In this document: positions 36,946 through 45,944 of the stretch, piece by piece
Layout of the letters: the number at the start of each line of letters is the position of its first letter
Position numbering within the stretch: position 1 is the first letter of the stretch
Notes under the pieces: model-generated
Told to the model about the DNA's origin: nothing
Seen by the model: the letters and a program-made list of their open reading frames with translations, nothing else
Database searches by the model: none
Made by a program: the position numbers and the translations under genes
NCBI GenBank assembly: GCA_944368945.1
Contig: CALVXH010000002.1
Span: 1-45,944 of the forward strand
DNA from: an uncultured Bacilli bacterium
Lineage (GTDB): Bacteria; Bacillota_I; Bacilli_A; RFN20; CAG-826
Direction of reading: 5' to 3'
DNA: 45,944 nucleotides

Positions 36946-37125
36946 TAAAAAAGCAGGGTTTGAAATTATAATTTAACTTAAATTTTTTAGTAGTTTTAAA
37001 ATATATAAAAAATTAATAAAAATGGAAAAAGACTTTCTTGGTTAATGTTATACATATGTAAAGTATTAAAAGTTTTTACTTTAAAAAGAGAATGCGTAAT
37101 ACTATTATATGAAATTGGAGAAAGT

Positions 37126-37680
37126 ATGATTTTAATTGTTGGATTAGGAAATATTGGAAAAGAATACGAACACACAAGACACAACATGGGTTTTGATGTT
37201 ATTGATAAATTAGCTGATTCTTTAGGTGTCTCTTTTGATAAGACAGGATTTAAAGGGACTTATGTAAAAACAAGTTACTTTGATCAAGATCTTATTTTAT
37301 TAAAGCCATCTACTTATATGAATTTAAGTGGCGATTCAATTATTGAAGTCATGAATTTTTTTAAAATAAATATTGATGATATTATTGTTATTTATGATGA
37401 CATGGATACTCCTGTAGGCCACATTAAATTAAAAATAAAAGGATCTAGTGGTGGACATAATGGAATTAAGTCTATTATTGCAAGAACGGGACACGAAGAT
37501 TTTAAACGTATTAAGATTGGGATTGGACATCCAACATTTGGTGTTATTGACTATGTTTTAAATAAGCCTTCTAAAGAAGAAGAAATAGAGATTTTGAAAG
37601 CCCAAGATAATGCTGTTAGTGCGATTAAAGTTGCGATAAAAGAAAGCTTTAATAAAGCTATGACAATGTATAATAAGTAA
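37126..37680 (+). CDS. pth: peptidyl-tRNA hydrolase
   Basis: MILIVGLGNIGKEYEHTRHNMGF, GSSGGHNGIKS. GGAGA SD 5 nt upstream of ATG 37126. Confidence 0.93.
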   Translation: MILIVGLGNIGKEYEHTRHNMGFDVIDKLADSLGVSFDKTGFKGTYVKTSYFDQDLILLKPSTYMNLSGDSIIEVMNFFKINIDDIIVIYDDMDTPVGHIKLKIKGSSGGHNGIKSIIARTGHEDFKRIKIGIGHPTFGVIDYVLNKPSKEEEIEILKAQDNAVSAIKVAIKESFNKAMTMYNK

Positions 37681-37681
37681 G

Positions 37682-40600
37682 GTGAACACATTGACTAATT
37701 TACTCGAGAACACTTTAAATTTATTTGATTCTAAAAATAAAAATTCAAATTTTATTGTAGATCCTCTAATAGGGACGCTTTTTTTAACAATTAAAAAATA
37801 CAATGAATCTGATAAGTCAGTATTAATTTACGCACATAATACATATGAAGCAAATAATTTATACCAAAAAATTATTAATTTTATTCCTAAAGAAAATGTT
37901 GTTTATTTGCCCTCAAATGATTTGATTCGTGTTGAATATATAAGTGAGTCAAAAGAGTTAAAAAGTGAATTAATTTATGGACTTTATAGGATTAAAAACG
38001 AAAAACATTTGGTAGTAATTGCAACAGTATCAAGCGCGATTAGATTTTATCCTACAATAAAGACATTTGATTCTAGTTTTATTAATTTTAAAGTTGGACA
38101 AACAATTGATCTTGAAAAAGTTAAAAAAGATTTATCTAAAATAGGATATACAAGAGTTAATAAAATTGATCAATCTTTGGAGTATGCTTTTAGAGGTGGA
38201 GTCATTGATATTTTTTCACTTAATTATGAAAATCCAATTAGAATTGAATTATTTGATGACGAGATAGAATCAATTAGATTATTTAATATTGAAACACAAA
38301 CTTCGTATGAAAAAATTAATGAGTGTGTAATAATTCCTGCAAGTATAAATTTACTTAGCGATGATGAAATTAATAAATGCAAAAATAAAATTTTTAATCA
38401 ACTTGAAAGTGATTCAAAAAGAATTAAAGGAGAAGACTTTGAGACTTTAAAAAGCAATACTGAAAATGATTTAAATGACATTTTAACTTTAGGAATAGAT
38501 AACAAAAACTATAAATATTATGGGTTTTTGCAGGATATTCATACATCTTTAATAGATTTTTTACCAAATTGTAATGTAATTGTTACTTCAAAAGACGACT
38601 TTGAAAAGTCAAAAGAAATGTTAATAAAAGAAGCTAATAATTTTTTATTAGAACTTCAATCAAATTACAAATGTATATCCAGACTTGAGTATTTTAATAC
38701 AAGAGCCTCGCTATTTACTAACTCTAATTCTCAGTCAATTTTAAATCAATTTTATTTGTCTAAAGAAGATGTTTCTATACCAGTTAGAAGCGTACAAGAA
38801 TTAAATCAAAAAGAAAAAAACACTCAATTAATAATTAAATTTTACTATGAGCAAAGATATAAATTACTTTTAATTTATTCTAATGAAAGCGAGAAGAATC
38901 TATTAGAAAATTGTCTTAATAATTTAGAGATTGATTATGCGTCAAGCGACAAATTTGAAGTTGATGAAAATAAAGTAGTTACAATTTCTTCATCTAAAAT
39001 CGATATATCTTTAGAATTTACAAAAGAGAATATTGTAGTTCTTTCTTCGGATTATTTATTTACTAAAAAAGGAACTATTAAAACTTATGCATCAAAGTTT
39101 AAAGAAGGGAAGATTCTTGAAACTTATGAAGATCTTGAACCAGGAGATTATGTTGTTCATGAAAAGTATGGAATTGGTAAATTTTCTAAAATTGAAACTA
39201 TTGAAATAAACGGAAAACATAATGACTATATTGAGATTCTTTATGCAAACGATGATAAGTTGTATATTCCGCTTTATCAGTTTAATTTTATTAGAAAGTA
39301 TGTCGGAAAAGAAGGGAGTGTTCCGAGGCTTACAAACATTGGAACAAAACAATGGGAAAAAACAAAAAAGAAAATCAAAGAAAAAATTAATGATTTAGCC
39401 GACAGACTCTTATCTTTATACCAAGAAAGAGCAAAAATACCTGGCTATGCATTTGAAAAGGATGATGATATTCAAAAGTCATTTGAAATTAGCTTCGCTC
39501 ATGATTTAACAGATGATCAAAAAAAGTGCGTTGAAGAAATAAAAGAGGATATGGAAAAACCACACCCAATGGATAGGTTACTATGTGGTGATGTTGGCTT
39601 TGGAAAAACAGAAGTAGCCTTAGAAGCTGCCATGAAAGCTATCTTAAGTGGCAAACAAGTTTGCTTTTTATGCCCAACAACTCTTTTAGCAATGCAACAT
39701 TTTAAAGTGGCAACTGAAAGATTTAAAGACTTCCCTGTTAAAATTGAAATTTTGACAAGAATGGTAACTTCTCAACAAGAAAAAAATATAAAAAAACTTT
39801 TAAAAGACGGGAAAATCGATTTATTAATTGGAACACATAAAGTTTTATCAAAAGAAGTTGTTTTTAAAGACCTTGGCTTACTAATTATTGATGAAGAGCA
39901 ACGTTTTGGAGTAGAGCAAAAAGAGAAAATAAAAGAGATGCATAAAAATATAGATGTCTTGACTTTAAGCGCAACTCCAATTCCTAGAACTCTACAATCA
40001 AGCCTAGTTGGACTTAAAAGTATTTCTACTATTGAAACCCCACCAGAAGGTAGATTTCCGATTCAAACATATGTAATTAATTATGATGAAGGAGTTATTA
40101 AAGAAATTATCCAAAGAGAATTAGGAAGAAATGGTCAAGTTTACTATTTATATAATGATATTGCTTTATTAAATAAAAAGGCTTTAATTTTACATAAATT
40201 AGTACCTAATGCAAGAATAGGAATTGTACATGCGAGGATGGATAAAGAAGATATTGATTCAGTCATGACAGATTTTTATGAAGGAAATATCGATATCTTA
40301 CTTGCTACTACTATTATTGAAAACGGAATTGATGTTAGAAACGCAAATTTATTACTTGTAGAAAACGCCGATAGATTTGGCTTAGCTCAACTTTATCAAA
40401 TTAAAGGAAGAGTTGGTAGAGGCGATAGAATGGCTTTTGCCTATTTAATGATTAAACAAAATAAAGAAATTACTGAGGATGCTAAAAAAAGACTTAAAGC
40501 AATTCAAGATTTTACTGAACTTGGAAGTGGATATAAAATTGCACAGCGAGATTTGTTAATTAGAGGGGCTGGAGATATTTTAGGACCTGAGCAAGCTGGG

Positions 40601-41167
40601 TTTGTTGATTCAGTTGGTATAGATATGTATATTCGCCTATTAAACGAAACAATGGCCGAGAAAAAAGGTGAAAAAGTTGCTCAAAGCAACATTAAGTCTT
40701 TAAATACAATTGATGGATATATACCTAAAAACTTCGCAAAAAACGATGATAAATTGGAAATTTATCAAAAAATATTACAAGTTACATCAATTGGAATGCT
40801 TAATGATTTAAAAGCAAATATTACTGATCAATTTGGTAAATTACCTGAAAGCGTCGCTAAGCTTTTTATAAAAAGATCTGTTGATATTTATTTAGCAGAA
40901 GAAGAATTTAAATCGTATAACGAATATCCTAAATATGTTAAATTAGTTTTAAATGATAAGTTCTCTTCAATTAATGGAATCGGCACAAGTTTATTTACAG
41001 CATTATTAAAATATATAAATAAAATTAAAATGTCTTATAAAGATAGACTTATTAATATAGATATAGATAAAAATAGTGATTGGGTAGATACATTATTAAA
41101 TGTTTTATCTACCGTACATCAGGTTTATATATCTCAAAGGAAGGTGAAAATCGTAGATGAGAATTGA
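37682..41167 (+). CDS. mfd: transcription-repair coupling factor
   Basis: 1161 aa. UvrB-like N-terminus, CarD/RID (GDYVVHEKYGIGKF), SF2 helicase motifs (GDVGFGKTEVA, DEEQRFG, LSATPIPRT) and TRG motif. GTG start. Confidence 0.95.
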   Translation: MNTLTNLLENTLNLFDSKNKNSNFIVDPLIGTLFLTIKKYNESDKSVLIYAHNTYEANNLYQKIINFIPKENVVYLPSNDLIRVEYISESKELKSELIYGLYRIKNEKHLVVIATVSSAIRFYPTIKTFDSSFINFKVGQTIDLEKVKKDLSKIGYTRVNKIDQSLEYAFRGGVIDIFSLNYENPIRIELFDDEIESIRLFNIETQTSYEKINECVIIPASINLLSDDEINKCKNKIFNQLESDSKRIKGEDFETLKSNTENDLNDILTLGIDNKNYKYYGFLQDIHTSLIDFLPNCNVIVTSKDDFEKSKEMLIKEANNFLLELQSNYKCISRLEYFNTRASLFTNSNSQSILNQFYLSKEDVSIPVRSVQELNQKEKNTQLIIKFYYEQRYKLLLIYSNESEKNLLENCLNNLEIDYASSDKFEVDENKVVTISSSKIDISLEFTKENIVVLSSDYLFTKKGTIKTYASKFKEGKILETYEDLEPGDYVVHEKYGIGKFSKIETIEINGKHNDYIEILYANDDKLYIPLYQFNFIRKYVGKEGSVPRLTNIGTKQWEKTKKKIKEKINDLADRLLSLYQERAKIPGYAFEKDDDIQKSFEISFAHDLTDDQKKCVEEIKEDMEKPHPMDRLLCGDVGFGKTEVALEAAMKAILSGKQVCFLCPTTLLAMQHFKVATERFKDFPVKIEILTRMVTSQQEKNIKKLLKDGKIDLLIGTHKVLSKEVVFKDLGLLIIDEEQRFGVEQKEKIKEMHKNIDVLTLSATPIPRTLQSSLVGLKSISTIETPPEGRFPIQTYVINYDEGVIKEIIQRELGRNGQVYYLYNDIALLNKKALILHKLVPNARIGIVHARMDKEDIDSVMTDFYEGNIDILLATTIIENGIDVRNANLLLVENADRFGLAQLYQIKGRVGRGDRMAFAYLMIKQNKEITEDAKKRLKAIQDFTELGSGYKIAQRDLLIRGAGDILGPEQAGFVDSVGIDMYIRLLNETMAEKKGEKVAQSNIKSLNTIDGYIPKNFAKNDDKLEIYQKILQVTSIGMLNDLKANITDQFGKLPESVAKLFIKRSVDIYLAEEEFKSYNEYPKYVKLVLNDKFSSINGIGTSLFTALLKYINKIKMSYKDRLINIDIDKNSDWVDTLLNVLSTVHQVYISQRKVKIVDEN

Positions 41168-41432
41168 TAAATATTTAAAATTGACTAGATTAATTAAAAG
41201 AAGAACAGTAGCTAAAGAACTTCTTGATAGAGGAATCTTTACAATTAATGGTAGGGTTGCTAAACCTTCAAGTGAAGTTAATGAAGGCGATATTGTTGTT
41301 TTGCCTTTAGGAAGACATAAATTAACAATTAAAGTTGTTAGATTAGTAAGTTATGCAAAAAAAGAAACCGCTCAAGAGCTATATGAATTAATTAAAGATG
41401 AGATTATTGAAGAAGGAAATAATGAAGACTAA
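41157..41432 (+). CDS. rqcP: S4-domain RNA-binding protein YabO/RqcP (Hsp15-like)
   Basis: MRIDKYLKLTRLIKRRTVAKELLDRG.FTINGRVAKPSSEV..GD closely parallels B. subtilis YabO. 11-nt overlap with mfd. Confidence 0.85.
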   Translation: MRIDKYLKLTRLIKRRTVAKELLDRGIFTINGRVAKPSSEVNEGDIVVLPLGRHKLTIKVVRLVSYAKKETAQELYELIKDEIIEEGNNED

Positions 41433-42639
41433 TTTAGATAAAAATAAAAAATATATCCTTGCTTGTAGTTATGGGCCGGACTCAATGGCACTATTTTATT
41501 ACCTAATTAAAGAAAAGATTTATTTTGAAATTGCGCATGTTAATTATCATATTCTTAAACAAGCTAATGATGATGAAATTGGTATAAGAAACGAAGCAAA
41601 AAAATACAATATTAAAGTACATGTTTTAGAAACTAACATGCCTAAAGGTGTTAATGAAGAAGATTGGGCAAGAGAAATTAGATACGAATATTTTAAAGAA
41701 GTGGCGATTAAAACAAGTATTAAAGATGTATTAGTTGCACATAATGAAGATGATTTAATCGAGACGTATTTATTACAAAAAGAAAGAAATAATATCGTCT
41801 CTTATTTCGGATTAAAAGAAGTATTAAATAGAAATGAATACAATGTTATTAGACCATTATTAGGTTACACAAAAAAAGAACTTTTAGATTATTGTAAAAT
41901 TAATCAAATTCCTTATTCTATAGATCCATCAAATTCAGATGTAAAATTTAAAAGAAATAAGTATAGAAAAGAAGTCATAAATAATTTAACAAAAGACGAC
42001 AGAATTAACTTATTGAGAGAAATAGCTGAAAAAAATAAGGAAATTGCAGCGTTTTTATTAAATACAAGAAATTGTTATAAAAACAGTAAGTTAAATATAG
42101 ATGAAAAATTTAAAGAAGAAATCGACGATAAACATTTTGAAATTATCCTTATAGATTATTTAAGAAAGAAAAATGTCTATACTCCAATATCAAAGGGCGA
42201 GGCTAAAGAAATTTATATTGCCATTAAAGAAAGAAAAGGAAATTGGAAATATAAATTAAATGATAAATATTATTTATTTTATGAATATGGATTTTTATCC
42301 ATTCACGAATTGCAAAATAAATATTTTTATTTGATTGATAAACCTGATGTACCTGGAATTTTTGTTATTAATTCTAAGGCAAAAAACTTTGAAATCCTAA
42401 AAGATAAGTTTCCTCTAATTATAAAGAATGTTAATCCTAATGATGTTTACTTTTATGATAAAAAAACGCTTAAGGTAAATAGGGAATTTATTTCTTGGAA
42501 AGTGCCTTTATCTATTAGAGATATTTGGCCAGGAATTTATGATAAAGACATGAATTTAATATATGTTCCTCGCTATCAATCAGGCAAAATAAATAAAGAA
42601 GGTTTACTTAAATTCAACCTAAATGATATTTATGAATAA
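41422..42639 (+). CDS. tilS: tRNA(Ile)-lysidine synthetase
   Basis: PP-loop ILACSYGPDSMAL, AHVNY, AHNEDD. ATG 41422 behind AAGGAA is preferred over the track start at 41398. Confidence 0.9.
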   Translation: MKTNLDKNKKYILACSYGPDSMALFYYLIKEKIYFEIAHVNYHILKQANDDEIGIRNEAKKYNIKVHVLETNMPKGVNEEDWAREIRYEYFKEVAIKTSIKDVLVAHNEDDLIETYLLQKERNNIVSYFGLKEVLNRNEYNVIRPLLGYTKKELLDYCKINQIPYSIDPSNSDVKFKRNKYRKEVINNLTKDDRINLLREIAEKNKEIAAFLLNTRNCYKNSKLNIDEKFKEEIDDKHFEIILIDYLRKKNVYTPISKGEAKEIYIAIKERKGNWKYKLNDKYYLFYEYGFLSIHELQNKYFYLIDKPDVPGIFVINSKAKNFEILKDKFPLIIKNVNPNDVYFYDKKTLKVNREFISWKVPLSIRDIWPGIYDKDMNLIYVPRYQSGKINKEGLLKFNLNDIYE

Positions 42640-42761
42640 GTAAAAAGTTTTGTAAAAAATATTAATCAATGTAAAATTAATATCGTATCGGTATTAAAAA
42701 TTTACTTTATAAATAAAGTATAAAATAAAAACTCAATTTGAAATGAAAGGAGAGAGAACAT

Positions 42762-44876
42762 ATGGAAAAAAAGAAGAATTCTAGATGGTATAGTTTCTTA
42801 ATATATGTCGTAATTATCGCTCTTATTGGCTTCTTGGTTTACTTTATCTTTAATCAAACAAACCAAAGATATAAGACTATAGCTAGTTCCGATGCAATTC
42901 AACTTGTTCAAGATGATCAAGATGATTCTAAAAGTTATGATATCTATCAAGCTGTTGCTGAAGCTAATGGAAACCAAGTCACATTCTATTTTTCTTTAAT
43001 AGAAAAGAGTTCTACAAATACAAATGAATATAGGTCATTAAATTACACAAGTACCTTTATTTATAGTGACTACTACACACCAGTTATTACTGCTGGAGAA
43101 GGAAGTAAAATTACTATTTATGAAGCTGTAATTGAACAAATTAATAGAACTAAGACAAAAGCTGAATATAGTAACATTTTAGATGCTTCACAAATTTACT
43201 ATAACAGTAAGCAATATCAAGAAAGTGCGTTAATGAGTTGGTTGCCAACAATTATAAGTACAGTATTAATTATTGCTTTAGGATTTATCTTCTTTAGATT
43301 CTTAATGAATAGTGCTGGTGGAAACCAAATGGCACTTGACTTTAATAAATCTAAAGCTAGAAGAATTGATGATAGTAAAGTTAAGTTTAAAGATGTCGCT
43401 GGATGCGATGAAGAAAAAGCTGAAATGATGGAGCTTGTTGACTACTTAAAGAATCCTAAAAAGTACACAAGATGTGGTGCTAAATTGCCAAAAGGTTTCT
43501 TACTTGTCGGCCCTCCAGGTACAGGTAAAACACTCCTTGCTAAAGCTGTAGCAGGTGAAGTTGGTGTTCCTTTCTTCTCAATTTCAGGTTCTGACTTCGT
43601 TGAAATGTTCGTTGGTGCTGGTGCTGGAAGAGTTAGAGACTTGTTTAAAACAGCTAAACAAAATGCACCTTGTGTTGTGTTTATTGATGAAATTGATGCT
43701 GTTGGTAGACAAAGAGGTGCTGGTTTAGGTGGAGGTAACGATGAAAGAGAACAAACACTTAACCAATTACTCGTTGAATTAGATGGCTTTGAAGAAAATT
43801 CTGGTGTCATTATTATTGCTGCAACTAATAGAGCGGATGTTCTTGATCCAGCATTACTAAGAGCTGGAAGATTTGATAGACAAATCACAGTTAATTTACC
43901 TGATAGAAATGGTAGAGAAGCAATCTTTAAAGTACATGCAAGAAATAAAAAGATTGATCCTTCAATTGACTTTAGTCAATTAGCAAAAAGAACTGTTGGC
44001 TTTAGTGGAGCTGATATCGCTAATATTCTTAATGAAGCTGCAATTTTAGCTGTTAGAGGCGGTCGTGAAATGATCGTTATGGCTGATATTGATGAAGCTA
44101 TCGATAGAAGAATTGCCGGACCTGCTAAATCTAATAAGCACATGCTTGAAAGAGAAAGAAAGCAAGTTGCTTACCATGAAGCTGGCCATGCTATTATTGG
44201 TTTGACTTTACCTAATGCTGATAAGGTTAGAAAAATTACAATTATTCCTCGTGGACAAACCGGTGGCCACGTATTAATGGGACCTGAAGACGATAGATTC
44301 TTATTAACAAAGAGTGAACTCGAAGCTGAAATTTGTGGTTTACTCGGTGGAAGATCTAGCGAAGAAATATTCTTTAAAGATATCTCTACTGGTGCAAGTA
44401 ACGATATTGAAAGAGCAACACAAATTGCTAGAGCAATGGTTGTTGAATATGGTATGTCTTCATTAGGACCTATCCAATATGAAAAGAATACAGGTAGTGT
44501 CTTCTTAGGAAGAGATTACAATTCACAAAAGAACTTCTCAGTTGCTGTTCAAGATGAAATCGATAAGGAAATTAGAAAGATTATTGAAAATGCACACGCT
44601 TTAGCTCTTTCTATTATTGAAAAGAGAAAAGAAGATGTTGTATTAATCGCTGAAACCTTACTTGTTCATGAAACTATTACTGAAGAAGAAATTGGTTACT
44701 TGTTAGAACATCGTGAATTACCTCCTGAAAAGGTAACACAAAAAGATTCTGCTATGAGTAGCACAAACACTTTAAAAGAAAACGAGGAAAAGGAAGCTAA
44801 AGAAGAAAAAGAAGCAACCACTTCTTCAGAAAACGCCGATACTAAAGTGGAAGAAGATAAGAAAACCGAAAATTAA
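42762..44876 (+). CDS. ftsH: ATP-dependent zinc metalloprotease FtsH
   Basis: Two TM segments, [23 protein letters not shown] and zinc site HEAGHAI; acidic C-terminal tail. Confidence 0.97.
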   Translation: MEKKKNSRWYSFLIYVVIIALIGFLVYFIFNQTNQRYKTIASSDAIQLVQDDQDDSKSYDIYQAVAEANGNQVTFYFSLIEKSSTNTNEYRSLNYTSTFIYSDYYTPVITAGEGSKITIYEAVIEQINRTKTKAEYSNILDASQIYYNSKQYQESALMSWLPTIISTVLIIALGFIFFRFLMNSAGGNQMALDFNKSKARRIDDSKVKFKDVAGCDEEKAEMMELVDYLKNPKKYTRCGAKLPKGFLLVGPPGTGKTLLAKAVAGEVGVPFFSISGSDFVEMFVGAGAGRVRDLFKTAKQNAPCVVFIDEIDAVGRQRGAGLGGGNDEREQTLNQLLVELDGFEENSGVIIIAATNRADVLDPALLRAGRFDRQITVNLPDRNGREAIFKVHARNKKIDPSIDFSQLAKRTVGFSGADIANILNEAAILAVRGGREMIVMADIDEAIDRRIAGPAKSNKHMLERERKQVAYHEAGHAIIGLTLPNADKVRKITIIPRGQTGGHVLMGPEDDRFLLTKSELEAEICGLLGGRSSEEIFFKDISTGASNDIERATQIARAMVVEYGMSSLGPIQYEKNTGSVFLGRDYNSQKNFSVAVQDEIDKEIRKIIENAHALALSIIEKRKEDVVLIAETLLVHETITEEEIGYLLEHRELPPEKVTQKDSAMSSTNTLKENEEKEAKEEKEATTSSENADTKVEEDKKTEN

Positions 44877-44883
44877 CAATTAA

Positions 44884-45879
44884 ATGGAAATTAATTTTAA
44901 CGAACTATTATCAAAGAAGAAAGTTATCCTTGCTCCAATGGCAGGGATAACTTCTTTTTCTTATAGAAAATTTATGAATAAATTTAATCCAGCATTAACC
45001 TATACAGAAATGATCAGTGATTGTGGATTAATTTATGGAAATAAAAAGACTTTTGAAATGCTTCAAACTGATGGAAGTGACAGGCCACTTGGTATTCAAC
45101 TCTTCGGTGGGAAAAAAGAAACTATTTTAAAAGCTATTGAAATATTAGAGAACTTGCCAATTGAATATGATGTATTAGATATAAATTTAGCTTGCCCAGT
45201 TAATAAAGTTGTTAAATCAAATGGCGGATCTACTTGGCTTAAAGATCAAGATGCATTATTTGATTTAATGAGTGAAGTAGTTAAAAAATCTAAAAAGCCA
45301 GTTAGTGCAAAAATTAGACTTGGGTATAATGAAATTAATGTAAATGAAACTGTTCAAACTTTAGAAAGAGCAGGTGTTCAATTTATTATGATCCATGCTA
45401 GAACTAGAAAAGACTTATATCATGGAAAAGCTAGATATGAAGAACTTAGTAAAGTTAGAGATTTAATTAAAATCCCTTTTGGAATTAGCGGAGATATTTA
45501 TACACCTTTTGATGCTATTAACGCTTTAAAAATAACTAGAGCTGATGCAGTATTAGTTGCTAGAGGTGGAGTCGGTAATCCTTTATTAATAAGTAACATA
45601 AATCACTTGTTAAATAATGAAGAACTTGAAGAAACTAATTTTAATAAGCAATTTGAATATTTTAAGGAATATAAATCCCTATTAGTAAAAGAAAAAGGTG
45701 AAAAAATAGCCACATCAATTCTTAAGGGTATTGCGCCAAAGTTCTTTTTGAATTTAAAAGAGGATAGTAAAGAAGTAAGAAAAAGATTAGTCGCTGCACA
45801 AAATATTTCTGATTTTGATAAGATCATTGAAGAATTTATAAATGAAAGCAATTTATCAAAAATAAACGGTGAAGTGTAA
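44884..45879 (+). CDS. dusB: tRNA-dihydrouridine synthase
   Basis: LAPMAGITSFSYRKF, DINLACPV and IHARTR motifs of the Dus TIM barrel. Confidence 0.9.
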   Translation: MEINFNELLSKKKVILAPMAGITSFSYRKFMNKFNPALTYTEMISDCGLIYGNKKTFEMLQTDGSDRPLGIQLFGGKKETILKAIEILENLPIEYDVLDINLACPVNKVVKSNGGSTWLKDQDALFDLMSEVVKKSKKPVSAKIRLGYNEINVNETVQTLERAGVQFIMIHARTRKDLYHGKARYEELSKVRDLIKIPFGISGDIYTPFDAINALKITRADAVLVARGGVGNPLLISNINHLLNNEELEETNFNKQFEYFKEYKSLLVKEKGEKIATSILKGIAPKFFLNLKEDSKEVRKRLVAAQNISDFDKIIEEFINESNLSKINGEV

Positions 45880-45944
45880 AGTTAAATTCAACTTTAAAGG
45901 GTTTCGAGAAAATAATTGATTTTTTTCTTTCAGAAATAATTAAA

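Noticed and set aside
36996-37187. 63-aa minus-strand ORF in the tetR/pth divergent region, and the 27-aa upstream extension of pth (37045-37125)
   Set aside because: The region is the divergent promoter spacer. pth has a canonical MILIVGLGN start with a GGAGA SD at 37126, and the 63-aa translation is F/I/L/N-rich with no signals.
43442-43888. 148-aa minus-strand ORF antisense to the AAA domain of ftsH
   Set aside because: Pro/Ser/Ala/Leu-rich translation typical of the reverse complement of a Gly/Ala/Glu-rich conserved domain. It has no start context and is fully embedded in ftsH.
1223-45851. Remaining short opposite-strand or overlapping ORFs in the track (e.g. 1223-1450, 3296-3688, 5014-5271, 6843-7052, 8083-8289, 14507-14752, 15728-15934, 16554-16775, 17630-17833, 18188-18373, 19069-19257, 19571-19789, 22057-22395, 23809-24153, 24319-24591, 30825-31022, 31483-31710, 37558-37803, 39092-39352, 45603-45851)
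   Set aside because: All are nested in, or antisense to, well-supported longer genes. They give hydrophobic or low-complexity translations and no recognisable motifs. I treat them as non-coding.
1-45944. Search for CRISPR arrays, tandem repeats, tRNA/rRNA genes, toxin-antitoxin pairs and known defence-system hallmarks
   Set aside because: I saw no regularly spaced direct repeats, no cloverleaf-compatible sequences in the intergenic gaps, and no small paired ORFs or nuclease/helicase/ATPase clusters outside housekeeping genes.

Overview
This 45.9 kb window is the chromosomal replication-origin region of a very AT-rich, low-GC Bacillota/Mollicutes-like bacterium. It uses the standard genetic code: Trp is TGG and all conserved proteins are intact without TGA read-through.

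Layout. The origin lies at about 18.35-20.2 kb, with DnaA-box clusters on both sides of dnaA. To its left, on the minus strand, are dnaA-dnaN-yaaA-recF-gyrB-gyrA, a GT-like ORF, serS, a small SRP RNA (not visible in the ORF track) and tadA. Further left is a probably accessory block: a fused MacB-type ABC transporter, a P-type ATPase, a TetR regulator, an M50-like membrane protein and a core-deleted IS1182-like transposase relic. To the right of the origin, on the plus strand, are rpmH-rnpA-yidC-jag-mnmE-tatD-rnmV-rsmA-ispE. These are followed by a largely head-on block (ppdK, an FGGY sugar kinase, and a TetR-controlled heterodimeric ABC exporter). After that come pth-mfd-rqcP(yabO)-tilS-ftsH-dusB, a compact Bacillus-like synteny without sporulation genes.

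No CRISPR array, tRNA, rRNA, prophage or recognisable defence system was seen.

Novelty. I did not find a convincing new multi-gene system. Most of the window is core housekeeping. The observations most worth follow-up are:
- the translationally coupled MacB-like ABC / atypical P-type ATPase / TetR operon, with the adjacent S2P-like protein that has LExxH in place of HExxH
- an ~87-aa insertion in one NBD of the heterodimeric ABC exporter
- an unusually large lipoprotein YidC
- the fine structure of oriC (three abutting DnaA boxes, a GC spacer and TAA trios)
- several operator-like palindromes

All functional calls come from motif recognition by eye, and none has been checked against databases.
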